Shown here: positions 9,494 through 17,096 of the stretch, one piece after another | How positions within the stretch are numbered: position 1 is the first letter of the stretch | Layout: each line of letters starts with the position of its first letter | Assembly: GCA_963662445.1 (NCBI GenBank) | Contig: OY759590.1 | Span: forward strand, 3,520,249 to 3,584,248 | Reading direction: 5' to 3' | From: Desulfarculia bacterium | Lineage (GTDB): Bacteria > Desulfobacterota > Desulfarculia > Adiutricales > JAGVGV01 | Length of the DNA: 64,000 bases | The notes under the pieces: generated by a model | Seen by the model: only the letters and a program-made list of their open reading frames with translations | What the model was told of the DNA's origin: nothing | Databases searched by the model: none | Made by a program: the position numbers and the translations under genes

Positions 9494-10570
9494 TTACTTC
9501 CAGGAAGGAACTTCACCGACCATCTTGAGATACTTGTCGGTGACGTAACCGGAAGCGTTAACCTTCTTAAGCTCGTCAGCGGTCAGTTTGCCCTGGCCGG
9601 AGAAGAACTCGGCGATAAGGCGCTGCCAACGGGCGGCAGTGCTCTCACCCTTGGACGCGTCGAACAGTTCAAGCTGTTCCGGCAGAGTCCAGACGGGGTG
9701 CTTGTCGATGTCTTTCTTGGCCATGGCGTCGGTCAATTCCATACCGGCCCATTCCTGATAGAACTTCTGGTACAGTTTGACCAAACGTTCGCTGCTGCCC
9801 TCTTCCCGCAGCATGTTCACGCCGCGCAGGTAGATGCGCAGGAACTTGGCAACGGTCTCGGGATTTTCGTTACAGAATTTTTCGTCGCCAACCATGGCGA
9901 TGGTCAGAGCCGCGCCACAGTCCATGGGATCGCCGGCCTTGACCCAGCCTTTGTCTTCGGCAGTGTAGCTGTAAGGAGCCCAGATACAAGCAACGTCGCC
10001 GACGCCGGACTCAAAAGCGGCCATAATGGAAGACTGGTCCATGTGTTTCACAACCACGTCGGCGTCTTTCAGGCCCAGAACCTTGAGCCAGAGAGACATG
10101 GCGTAGTGAACGGAAGACACGGTGGTGACCAGGATGGTTTTCCCTTTGACCAGCTCGGGGGAGCCGAGAACATTCGGGAAATCTTTGTTCCAGCCCTTGA
10201 CCTTGGCGATGGGGCTGTCGGGACGGACAAATACGGTGTTGGCGATTGATTCGTTGTTGCCCTGAGCAATCATCTGGGCGTTGAAACGCAGAGCGCCCAT
10301 GGTCATAGGCACGCCGCCGGTGGCGCCGAGGACCCACTGACGGGCCGGCAGAGCTTCCAACTGGGCCATACCGGAGTCAAAATACAGCAACTCCATGTCC
10401 AGGCCTTCCTGCTTGTCCCAACCCTGCATTTTGGCGTACCAGGGCATGAAAGTTTCATGCTCGGGCATCCAGCAGGTGGGCAATTTCTCAACTGCCATGG
10501 CCGGGCCGAAACTGATCAGCGCCAAAGCGATAGCCAATACGATAACAGTAAAAAACTTAGCCCTCTTCAT
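9494..10570 (-). CDS. ABC transporter substrate-binding protein (NMT1/TauA-like)
   Basis: Signal peptide 'MKRAKFFTVIVLAIALALISFGPAMA'. AAGGAG lies 8 nt before ATG 10570. The gene sits inside the ABC operon. The ORF track extends to 10630. Confidence 0.85.
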   Translation of the reverse strand: MKRAKFFTVIVLAIALALISFGPAMAVEKLPTCWMPEHETFMPWYAKMQGWDKQEGLDMELLYFDSGMAQLEALPARQWVLGATGGVPMTMGALRFNAQMIAQGNNESIANTVFVRPDSPIAKVKGWNKDFPNVLGSPELVKGKTILVTTVSSVHYAMSLWLKVLGLKDADVVVKHMDQSSIMAAFESGVGDVACIWAPYSYTAEDKGWVKAGDPMDCGAALTIAMVGDEKFCNENPETVAKFLRIYLRGVNMLREEGSSERLVKLYQKFYQEWAGMELTDAMAKKDIDKHPVWTLPEQLELFDASKGESTAARWQRLIAEFFSGQGKLTADELKKVNASGYVTDKYLKMVGEVPSWK

Positions 10571-10750
10571 CCTTGTAGCTCCTTTTTTGGATAATGGTTC
10601 ATAAACAAACAACGCTGCTTTTACTACCAACAGGCGATCTCATCGCCTTGGGAAAAAACATAATCGCCGCCTGAACACCTCCTTCGAAATCTGCCATCAA
10701 TTAACTACAAACCACATCGGACCAATTACGCGAGAGCGGAAGATTCTATA

Positions 10751-11503
10751 CTACCACCATCTGATGAGTTCAGTGACTTGTTTACGAATCTCCACGAATT
10801 TAGGATCGATCAGATTTCTGGGCCGGGGCAGGTCCACCACCACCTCGGCTTTGATGTTTGTGGGTTTGTTGCTAAGAACAAGTATTCTCTCGGCGACGTA
10901 AACAGCTTCCTCAATATTGTGCGTGACAAACAGAACAGTACTGTTGAGCTCTTTCCAGAGGCGAACCAGTTCGTCTTCCAGGTAGTAGCGGAGTTTGACG
11001 TCCAACTGCCCGTATGGTTCATCCATGAGCAACAGGTCGGGATTGACGGCGAAAGCCCGGGCCACGGCGATACGCTGAACCATACTGGCCGAAACCTGGT
11101 TTGGGTAAAGCGTCTGGGTGCTGGTCAGGCCGACGAGCTTGAGGATGTTCTCAAGCTTTGCGTCGATTTCTTCCTTGGGCCACCCCTTGACCTCCATGCC
11201 GAAGGCCACGTTTTCCCGGACCGTCCGCCAGGGCAGACAAGTGGGCTCTTGAAATACGAAGGAAATATTGTGTTTCTTGGGATCGGCGACCTCACCGTCT
11301 ATAAAGATGTCGCCTTCGGACGTCGGCATCAATTTGGACAGACAGTTCAGGAAGGTGGTCTTGCCACACCCGGTCGGGCCGACGATGGCCAGGAATTCAC
11401 CTTTCTTGACCGTAAAATTGATTTTGTCCAGCACCACGAGGTCGCCAAACCTCTTGGTCAAGTCCTTAACCTCGATTTTGTCTCTTCTACCTGAATCGCC
11501 CAC
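10751..11503 (-). CDS. ABC transporter ATP-binding protein with degenerate signature motif
   Basis: Walker A 'GPTGCGKTT' and Walker B 'LLLMDEP' are intact. The signature position reads 'VSASMVQR' instead of LSGGxxQR. GTG start preceded by GGAGTG. Confidence 0.9.
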   Translation of the reverse strand: MGDSGRRDKIEVKDLTKRFGDLVVLDKINFTVKKGEFLAIVGPTGCGKTTFLNCLSKLMPTSEGDIFIDGEVADPKKHNISFVFQEPTCLPWRTVRENVAFGMEVKGWPKEEIDAKLENILKLVGLTSTQTLYPNQVSASMVQRIAVARAFAVNPDLLLMDEPYGQLDVKLRYYLEDELVRLWKELNSTVLFVTHNIEEAVYVAERILVLSNKPTNIKAEVVVDLPRPRNLIDPKFVEIRKQVTELIRWW

Positions 11504-11788
11504 TGTTCACTCCATAATTTTACTTAGGTGCATCCCCACGCTAAAGCAGCGGTCGCACCTTTTTTGGCAAAATGTGTTTGTTGATTATTTGATGGAAAGC
11601 AACAGACTGATCTGAGCTTGAGGGGTTTAAGCAGCGTTTGTCTGAACAATAAAAAGAATGGGAACATAGGAACAAATTTTCCGGACCGCGACACAATGGC
11701 TGTCGCGGACTTGGGCGGCCCTTTGCGGACTCTGGACCCAAAGCCCATGGAGGGCTATGTTTAACACGTTCCCGCATAGATGTTATAT

Positions 11789-11817
11789 CTGATACATTAC
11801 ACATCTGAATCTGTCAA
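11789..11817 (-). promoter_or_regulatory. Candidate sigma-70 promoter of the ABC operon (long 5' leader)
   Basis: The minus strand reads TTGACA, 17 nt, TATCAG. It lies about 285 nt upstream of GTG 11503. It shares the 10-mer ATGTATCAGA with the candidate promoter at 23718..23748. Confidence 0.35.
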
Positions 11818-12047
11818 GTGCAAAATCCGGGGTTCACTCCCCAAACATCTAACACCCTGTTTATTATCTCTATTTTCATGTCACCATAATTACACTTTGC
11901 CCAAAGCCAACCCTGCCAAAAGATGTTCAGTGCCTTCAATACTGCTTCCCCGGCCGCCAAGGCCCGCCAGCCCCGGCAAAACCTCAAACAACCAGCCAGA
12001 GAGTGCGGCGGCCAGTCGTGATAAGCGCAACTGGCCGCCGGAAAACA

Positions 12048-12524
12048 TCAACTTTCGAAAAGCAACAAAACCGAGCAGGGAGAATTGTGAACCACGTAGT
12101 TGCTCACACTGCCCAATATACAATCGGCCAGGGAACCACGGGTAGTCCGGCCTATTGCGATGAGGTCCGCCTTGGTCTGCTTGGCCACTTCGCAAATACG
12201 TTCTCCCGGATTGCCCATTTCCACCATGATCTGGACTTCCAGTCCCTTGTCCATGGCGGTTTTGGCCATGCTCTCCAGCCAGGCCTTGCGGTGGGCTATT
12301 TCCACTTCCTGGCGATGGGCCTGGGTTGAAAAAGCATCTTTTGATTCCAACTCTCCTACGGTGCCGACCCTGTTCTCCATCTCGGCGACAGTCGCCATCT
12401 TGAAACAGTTTACCATCACCAAACCCGCGCCGTCCTTTACCGCCAAATCAACCGCCTGCCGGAACAGCGGGTTTTTGCTTTTGGTTTCACTGTCCAACGC
12501 GACAACTATCTTCTCAAACTTCAT
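12048..12524 (-). CDS. Universal stress protein (UspA family)
   Basis: 'MKFEKIVVALDSE...' and the C-terminal 'IAIGRTTRGSLADCILGSVSNYVVHNSPCSVLL' Usp ATP-binding motif. GGGAGG lies 9 nt before ATG 12524. Confidence 0.8.
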   Translation of the reverse strand: MKFEKIVVALDSETKSKNPLFRQAVDLAVKDGAGLVMVNCFKMATVAEMENRVGTVGELESKDAFSTQAHRQEVEIAHRKAWLESMAKTAMDKGLEVQIMVEMGNPGERICEVAKQTKADLIAIGRTTRGSLADCILGSVSNYVVHNSPCSVLLLFES

Positions 12525-12637
12525 CAGACTCATCCTCCCTTGGAATATATTCATCACATGTTCCGGCGGGCACCGCCATCGCCGGATTTACCGACTTTAC
12601 ACAGCCTGCGGCCTCAAAAAGCCGCAAGCGATTTGCG

Positions 12638-13684
12638 TTACTCCGTGGCCCTGACCAGATAAGCCGCATTCACACCCTTCAAAAAGACATCGCGAGGCGG
12701 AGCGGATTTTATAGCACCCGCCTGAACCAGGAAATCCGCCGTCTCCTTTAGAAGAGTATACAGGCCAAAGTTCCAATATACACCCCCCAGGTGCTTGCCG
12801 GCCGACTGTTCCTTGCCCGAAACAACCATAACCTTCTTCATCTGACGGGCTGCTTCTTCCACCGACATCCCCAACTGACGGGATATGGCCTGGGCAGTTT
12901 CGTCGGGCTTGTCCCGCCAGTATTGAACCGCCCTGTCCAAGCTCTTGAGATAATCGACAACAACTCCAGGATACTTCTCTCCGAATTCCTTTCGGAGCAC
13001 GCAGATGTCTCCGGTCGGAAAGCCGCGCTCTGTAAGCTGGCGGCTGGTCAGCACCACACTGCCCCCGGAATCAAGCATTTTGGTCAGAGTAGGCTCCCAT
13101 ATGAAACCGGCGTCAATCTCGCCCTTCTGCCAGGCGGCCAGCATTGTTCTGGGCTCGAGATAGAGTATGTTCATTTCAGCCGGATTCATATGTTCCAGCC
13201 GTAACGCCACCATCAGGTGGTAATGAGTTGTCGAAGCGAAGGGAACGGCCACGGTCTTGCCGATGAGATCCTGGACCGAATTTATCCCTGAGGACTGCCT
13301 GGCCAGCAGTGCTTCATTATCCGCGATAATGTCGTGAATCCAGATGGCCTCGATGGGAAATCCCTGGGCGATGCCGGCCGCGCACGGACTTGTGCCTACC
13401 AGGCCTATGTCAACGTTGCCCGAGGCCATGACCTGGGCCACATGCATGCCGGAATCGAATTCTATCCACTTGATGGGAATACCCAAGGCGTCTTCAGCCC
13501 AGCCCTGGTCTTTGAGCAGAATTTCCGGAGTTGGAAAACCTTGATAACCTATTACCAGCTGCTTTGGTTTAGGCTCAGCCAGGCTTTCCGGGCAAAGGAG
13601 AAAAAAAGCCAGTGTTACGAAGGCCAAAGTCAACACCAGCAGGCCAACAAAACGTCTTAAAGGTCTCATGCCACCCCTCCACAT
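12638..13684 (-). CDS. tauA: Taurine/aliphatic-sulfonate ABC transporter substrate-binding protein (TauA-like)
   Basis: Signal/TM segment present. Colinear with my recollection of E. coli TauA: 'WIEFDSGMHVAQVMASGNVDIGLVGTSP', 'LIGKTVAVPFASTTHYHLMVAL', 'AWQKGEIDAGFIWEP'. Confidence 0.8.
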   Translation of the reverse strand: MWRGGMRPLRRFVGLLVLTLAFVTLAFFLLCPESLAEPKPKQLVIGYQGFPTPEILLKDQGWAEDALGIPIKWIEFDSGMHVAQVMASGNVDIGLVGTSPCAAGIAQGFPIEAIWIHDIIADNEALLARQSSGINSVQDLIGKTVAVPFASTTHYHLMVALRLEHMNPAEMNILYLEPRTMLAAWQKGEIDAGFIWEPTLTKMLDSGGSVVLTSRQLTERGFPTGDICVLRKEFGEKYPGVVVDYLKSLDRAVQYWRDKPDETAQAISRQLGMSVEEAARQMKKVMVVSGKEQSAGKHLGGVYWNFGLYTLLKETADFLVQAGAIKSAPPRDVFLKGVNAAYLVRATE

Positions 13685-13745
13685 ATCCGCGTCACTTGAC
13701 GCAATTTTCTGGCTATGGTGGTCAAGACGGCCTTAGGTGGCTGGC

Positions 13746-13774
13746 GGCGTCCGGTCCATTCAGGACCGGACGTC
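13746..13774 (-). other. Intergenic 12-bp hairpin downstream of the aldehyde dehydrogenase gene
   Basis: The plus strand reads GGCGTCCGGTCC-ATTCA-GGACCGGACGTC. The arms are related to those of the hairpin at 15384..15408. Confidence 0.5.
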
Positions 13775-13793
13775 ACCCGCATTTTCTTCAGTT

Positions 13794-15353
13794 CTAGCTG
13801 GCTACGCAGCTTCTAACCGCTTGAGGCTTTGTTTCCTTTTTGGCAGTTTTCTGCCCCGATCCGCCGGAGAAAATTCCGGTCGGCGGGTGGAACCGAACTG
13901 TCGCTACCTTGTTCTGAGTAAAGAAGTCAATGCCGTCTTTACCCTGGACCTTGTCGGTGCCCAGGTGCGAATCCTTGATGCCGCCGAAAGGCAGGTACGG
14001 ATGCGGCGCGCAGATGCCCACATTCACTCCCACCATGCCCACGTTGGCTTCACTGATGAAATGCTCCGTGTAATACTGGTTCTGGGTGAAGATACAAGCA
14101 CCATTGCCGAAATTCTGGGCCTTGATAAGGTTCAGGGCGTCATCAATGTCCTGTATTTTCATGACCGAAACAACCGGCCCGAATATTTCCTCTTTGGCAA
14201 TGGTCCGGCAGGGCGTCACTTCGGCAAAAATCGTGGGCCCGACATAGTAGCCGTTCTTGCAGTCTTCCTTGACCTTGGGATTACGGCCGTCGAGAACCAG
14301 CCTGGAGCCTTCGGCAATACCGATTTCAATGTAACGTTCGATCTTGCTCTTGGCGTCGGCCGAAATCACGGGTCCCATATATACATCCGGGTCCATGGCG
14401 CTGCCGACCTTGACGTTCTTGGACGCCTCGACCATCTTGGCCAGGATTTCGTCGTAAACCTCCGGCACAATGGCCACGATGGAGCCGGCCAGGCAACGCT
14501 GACCCGCTGAACCGTAGCAGGAGTTCAGGAAGTTATCTATAAAGACGTCATGGTCGGCGTCTTCCATGACCACCAGCATGTTCTTGGCTCCGCCCAGAAG
14601 CATGCTTCTCTTGCCGCCGCGTCCACAGGCTTCGGCCATCTTCTTGGCCGTCGGAGTAGACCCGACCAGGCAGACGCCGGACATTTTGGGACTTTCGTAC
14701 CAGGTTCCGGGAACCGACCTGTTGCCGTGGATTATATTGATAACGCCTTTGGGCAGGCCGACATCGTTGAATATATCGCCCATCTTCTGCATGAAAAGAG
14801 GCGACTGAGTCGAAGGCTTATAGATGAAGGTGTTGCCTACGCCTATGGCGAAAGGAATGAACCAGCCGAAGACCAGAGCGGGAAAGTTGAAAGGCGCAAC
14901 TCCGCCGAAAACACCCAAGGGCTGCTTGACCACGCGGCCGTTGATGCCGTTGGCGATGCCCTCCAGGGTTTCACCCTGGATCAGGGTCGGAATACCACAA
15001 GCGGTCTCCAGAATCTGGATGACGCGCTGAACTTCGCCCCTGGCTTCGCTTATGTGCTTGGCCTGATCGATGGCAATGGAAAAGGCCAGTTCCTCGGTCT
15101 TGTCGATCATGGCCTGCCGAATGGCGAACAGGTAGCCGACCCTCTTGTTTACAGAGAGTCTCCGCCAGGAATCATAGGCGGCATGGGCCGAATCAATGCA
15201 GGCCTGAGAGGTCTCATCCGAAGACAGGGGGACTTCCCCTATCTGCTCCCCCGTGGAGGGATTGAAAAGAGGCACGTATTTGACGCCTGTTTCCTCAACC
15301 CACTGTCCATCGATAAAATTTTTGATCCTGTAAAATTCCCCGGTCGTACTCAT
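13794..15353 (-). CDS. Aldehyde dehydrogenase, CoA-acylating methylmalonate/malonate-semialdehyde dehydrogenase (MmsA/IolA) type
   Basis: 519 aa. ALDH fold ('FNFPA', 'GSTPTAKKM', catalytic Cys in 'GQRCLAGS', 'EEIFGPV'). The GQRC(M/L)A context is typical of the MmsA family. It has a ~30-aa Lys/Gly-rich C-terminal tail. Confidence 0.8.
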   Translation of the reverse strand: MSTTGEFYRIKNFIDGQWVEETGVKYVPLFNPSTGEQIGEVPLSSDETSQACIDSAHAAYDSWRRLSVNKRVGYLFAIRQAMIDKTEELAFSIAIDQAKHISEARGEVQRVIQILETACGIPTLIQGETLEGIANGINGRVVKQPLGVFGGVAPFNFPALVFGWFIPFAIGVGNTFIYKPSTQSPLFMQKMGDIFNDVGLPKGVINIIHGNRSVPGTWYESPKMSGVCLVGSTPTAKKMAEACGRGGKRSMLLGGAKNMLVVMEDADHDVFIDNFLNSCYGSAGQRCLAGSIVAIVPEVYDEILAKMVEASKNVKVGSAMDPDVYMGPVISADAKSKIERYIEIGIAEGSRLVLDGRNPKVKEDCKNGYYVGPTIFAEVTPCRTIAKEEIFGPVVSVMKIQDIDDALNLIKAQNFGNGACIFTQNQYYTEHFISEANVGMVGVNVGICAPHPYLPFGGIKDSHLGTDKVQGKDGIDFFTQNKVATVRFHPPTGIFSGGSGQKTAKKETKPQAVRSCVAS

Positions 15354-15383
15354 ATACCACTCCTAAACGAAAACTTGCTAGGA

Positions 15384-15408
15384 GGTCCGGACGCGAGGCG
15401 TCCGGACC
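15384..15408 (-). other. Intergenic perfect 11-bp hairpin between the aminotransferase and aldehyde dehydrogenase genes
   Basis: GGTCCGGACGC-GAG-GCGTCCGGACC. Confidence 0.5.
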
Positions 15409-15441
15409 ATACCTCTTCAAAAACAGCCGTCTTGTGCCCGG

Positions 15442-16809
15442 CTACTTGGCGTACTTGTCGGTTACTTCGAGGGCCTTGTCCAGAATGGCGATACCCTCGT
15501 CTATCTCACTCTTGGTCACGATCAGCGCAGGGGCCAGCGAGATGCAGTTGCTCGGGTTGCCGGCCATGGCCATCATGCCCAGTTCGCCCAGTTTGGCGGC
15601 CAGTTCCAGTTTCGGGTTCACACCACGAACGATCTTGTCCTTAACAGTGATGATCGGTTCCCTGGTCTTCTTGTCCTTGACCAGTTCCACACCGATAAAC
15701 AGGCCCTTGCCGCGGACATCGCCCACACTGGGATGCTTGTCTTTCAGTTCCAATGTCTTGTCCAGAAGGTAGGCACCCATCTTGGCCGCGTTCTCGATCA
15801 GGTTGTCTTCCTGATAGATCTGGATGGCCCGGATGGCGGCGGCGCAGCAGAGGGCGTGACCCGCAAAAGTGGCGCCGTGGCTGAAATAATGCTCCTTGAA
15901 GAAGTCGCCGATGTGCTTGCGCACGATGGTGGCACCCATGGGCAGATAAGAACCGGTGATGCCCTTGGCCATGGTCATGATGTCAGGCACCACATTCCAA
16001 TGTTCCATAGCAAACCATTTGCCGGTACGACCGAAGCCGGTCATGACTTCATCGGCGATCAGCAGGATGCCGTATTTGTCCAGGACTTTCTTCAGTTCGG
16101 GGAAGTAATCATCCGGGGGAACGATAACGCCGTTCGCGCCGGTGATAGGCTCACAGATCATGGCCGCAATCATATCGCTGCCGCCTTCCAGTTCCAGAAC
16201 CTCGTCCACATGCTTGACGCACTGCATGTTGCAGGTGGGGTATTCCAGGCCGAAGGAGCAGCGGTAGCAATAAGGCTGATGCACTTTGACGATTTCCGCG
16301 CCGCCGGGGACCTGAGCCCACTGGCGAGGGTCACCGATGGAAAGGCTCATGGGAGCGGTGGTGGCGCCGTGGTAAGTGCGGTAACGGGCGACGATCTTCC
16401 GTTTGCCGGTGAACTGGTGAGCGATTTTGATGGCCGTTTCGTTGGCTTCAGCGCCGCCCAGATGGACAAAGCTGCGGGACAGATCGCCCGGAGTTACCTC
16501 GGACAGCATCTTGACCAGCATGGAACGGACCTTGGTGGAATTCGAAGGCGCGAAGGAACAAAGCTCGTTGGCCTGCTTGCAGATAGCGTCAACTATGCGC
16601 TGGTCCTGGTGTCCCAGGTTGTGGCTGACAAAACAGGAGCTGAAGTCCAGGCGCTCACGTCCGTCTTCGGTGGTGAAGCGCATTCCCTTGGCCGACAGCA
16701 CACGAAGAGGCGCTTTGGCCGGCTGATAGGACCAGGAAGCAAAATTGTTTTCAACTTCGTAGCGGTCCAGGTCTTCCTTGGAAGCCGGAATGTTTTTAAG
16801 ATCGATCAT
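15442..16809 (-). CDS. Class-III (omega) aminotransferase, taurine:2-oxoacid / beta-alanine:pyruvate aminotransferase-like
   Basis: The product is 455 aa from ATG 16809, with GGAGG 8 nt upstream. PLP-enzyme motifs 'LIADEVMTGFGRTGKWFA' and 'DIMTMAKGITGSY' (Lys). Located between the xsc-like and ALDH genes. The ORF track extends to 16995. Confidence 0.85.
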   Translation of the reverse strand: MIDLKNIPASKEDLDRYEVENNFASWSYQPAKAPLRVLSAKGMRFTTEDGRERLDFSSCFVSHNLGHQDQRIVDAICKQANELCSFAPSNSTKVRSMLVKMLSEVTPGDLSRSFVHLGGAEANETAIKIAHQFTGKRKIVARYRTYHGATTAPMSLSIGDPRQWAQVPGGAEIVKVHQPYCYRCSFGLEYPTCNMQCVKHVDEVLELEGGSDMIAAMICEPITGANGVIVPPDDYFPELKKVLDKYGILLIADEVMTGFGRTGKWFAMEHWNVVPDIMTMAKGITGSYLPMGATIVRKHIGDFFKEHYFSHGATFAGHALCCAAAIRAIQIYQEDNLIENAAKMGAYLLDKTLELKDKHPSVGDVRGKGLFIGVELVKDKKTREPIITVKDKIVRGVNPKLELAAKLGELGMMAMAGNPSNCISLAPALIVTKSEIDEGIAILDKALEVTDKYAK

Positions 16810-17096
16810 TGAAAAAACCTCCATATGATAATTCATCGTTGAAGTCTTGGGCCGATAAAGGCCGGCAGCAAAGCTGCATTTCTCATTAAACCCCCGATTA
16901 CCATCTGGCAGGCATGGCCACGGAGAAGATGCCCGGCGAGTGCCGGGTGTGCGGTCTCTTCGCCTCTTCCTTCGGCCATACTTCCCAGATAACAACCATC
17001 TCTCTTCCGCCCGCTTTCCTTCTTTTGAAGTCGCCGCATGGCGAGGCCCGTTTGAGCCCCGCTATGCGGCTTTTCATATAGGCCTAACTCAAACGC

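Noticed and set aside
11906-11919. A sigma-54-like TGGCAG on the minus strand, upstream of the ABC operon.
   Set aside because: The downstream GC element is 2 nt too close (TGGCAGGGTTGGC), so the -24/-12 spacing is wrong.
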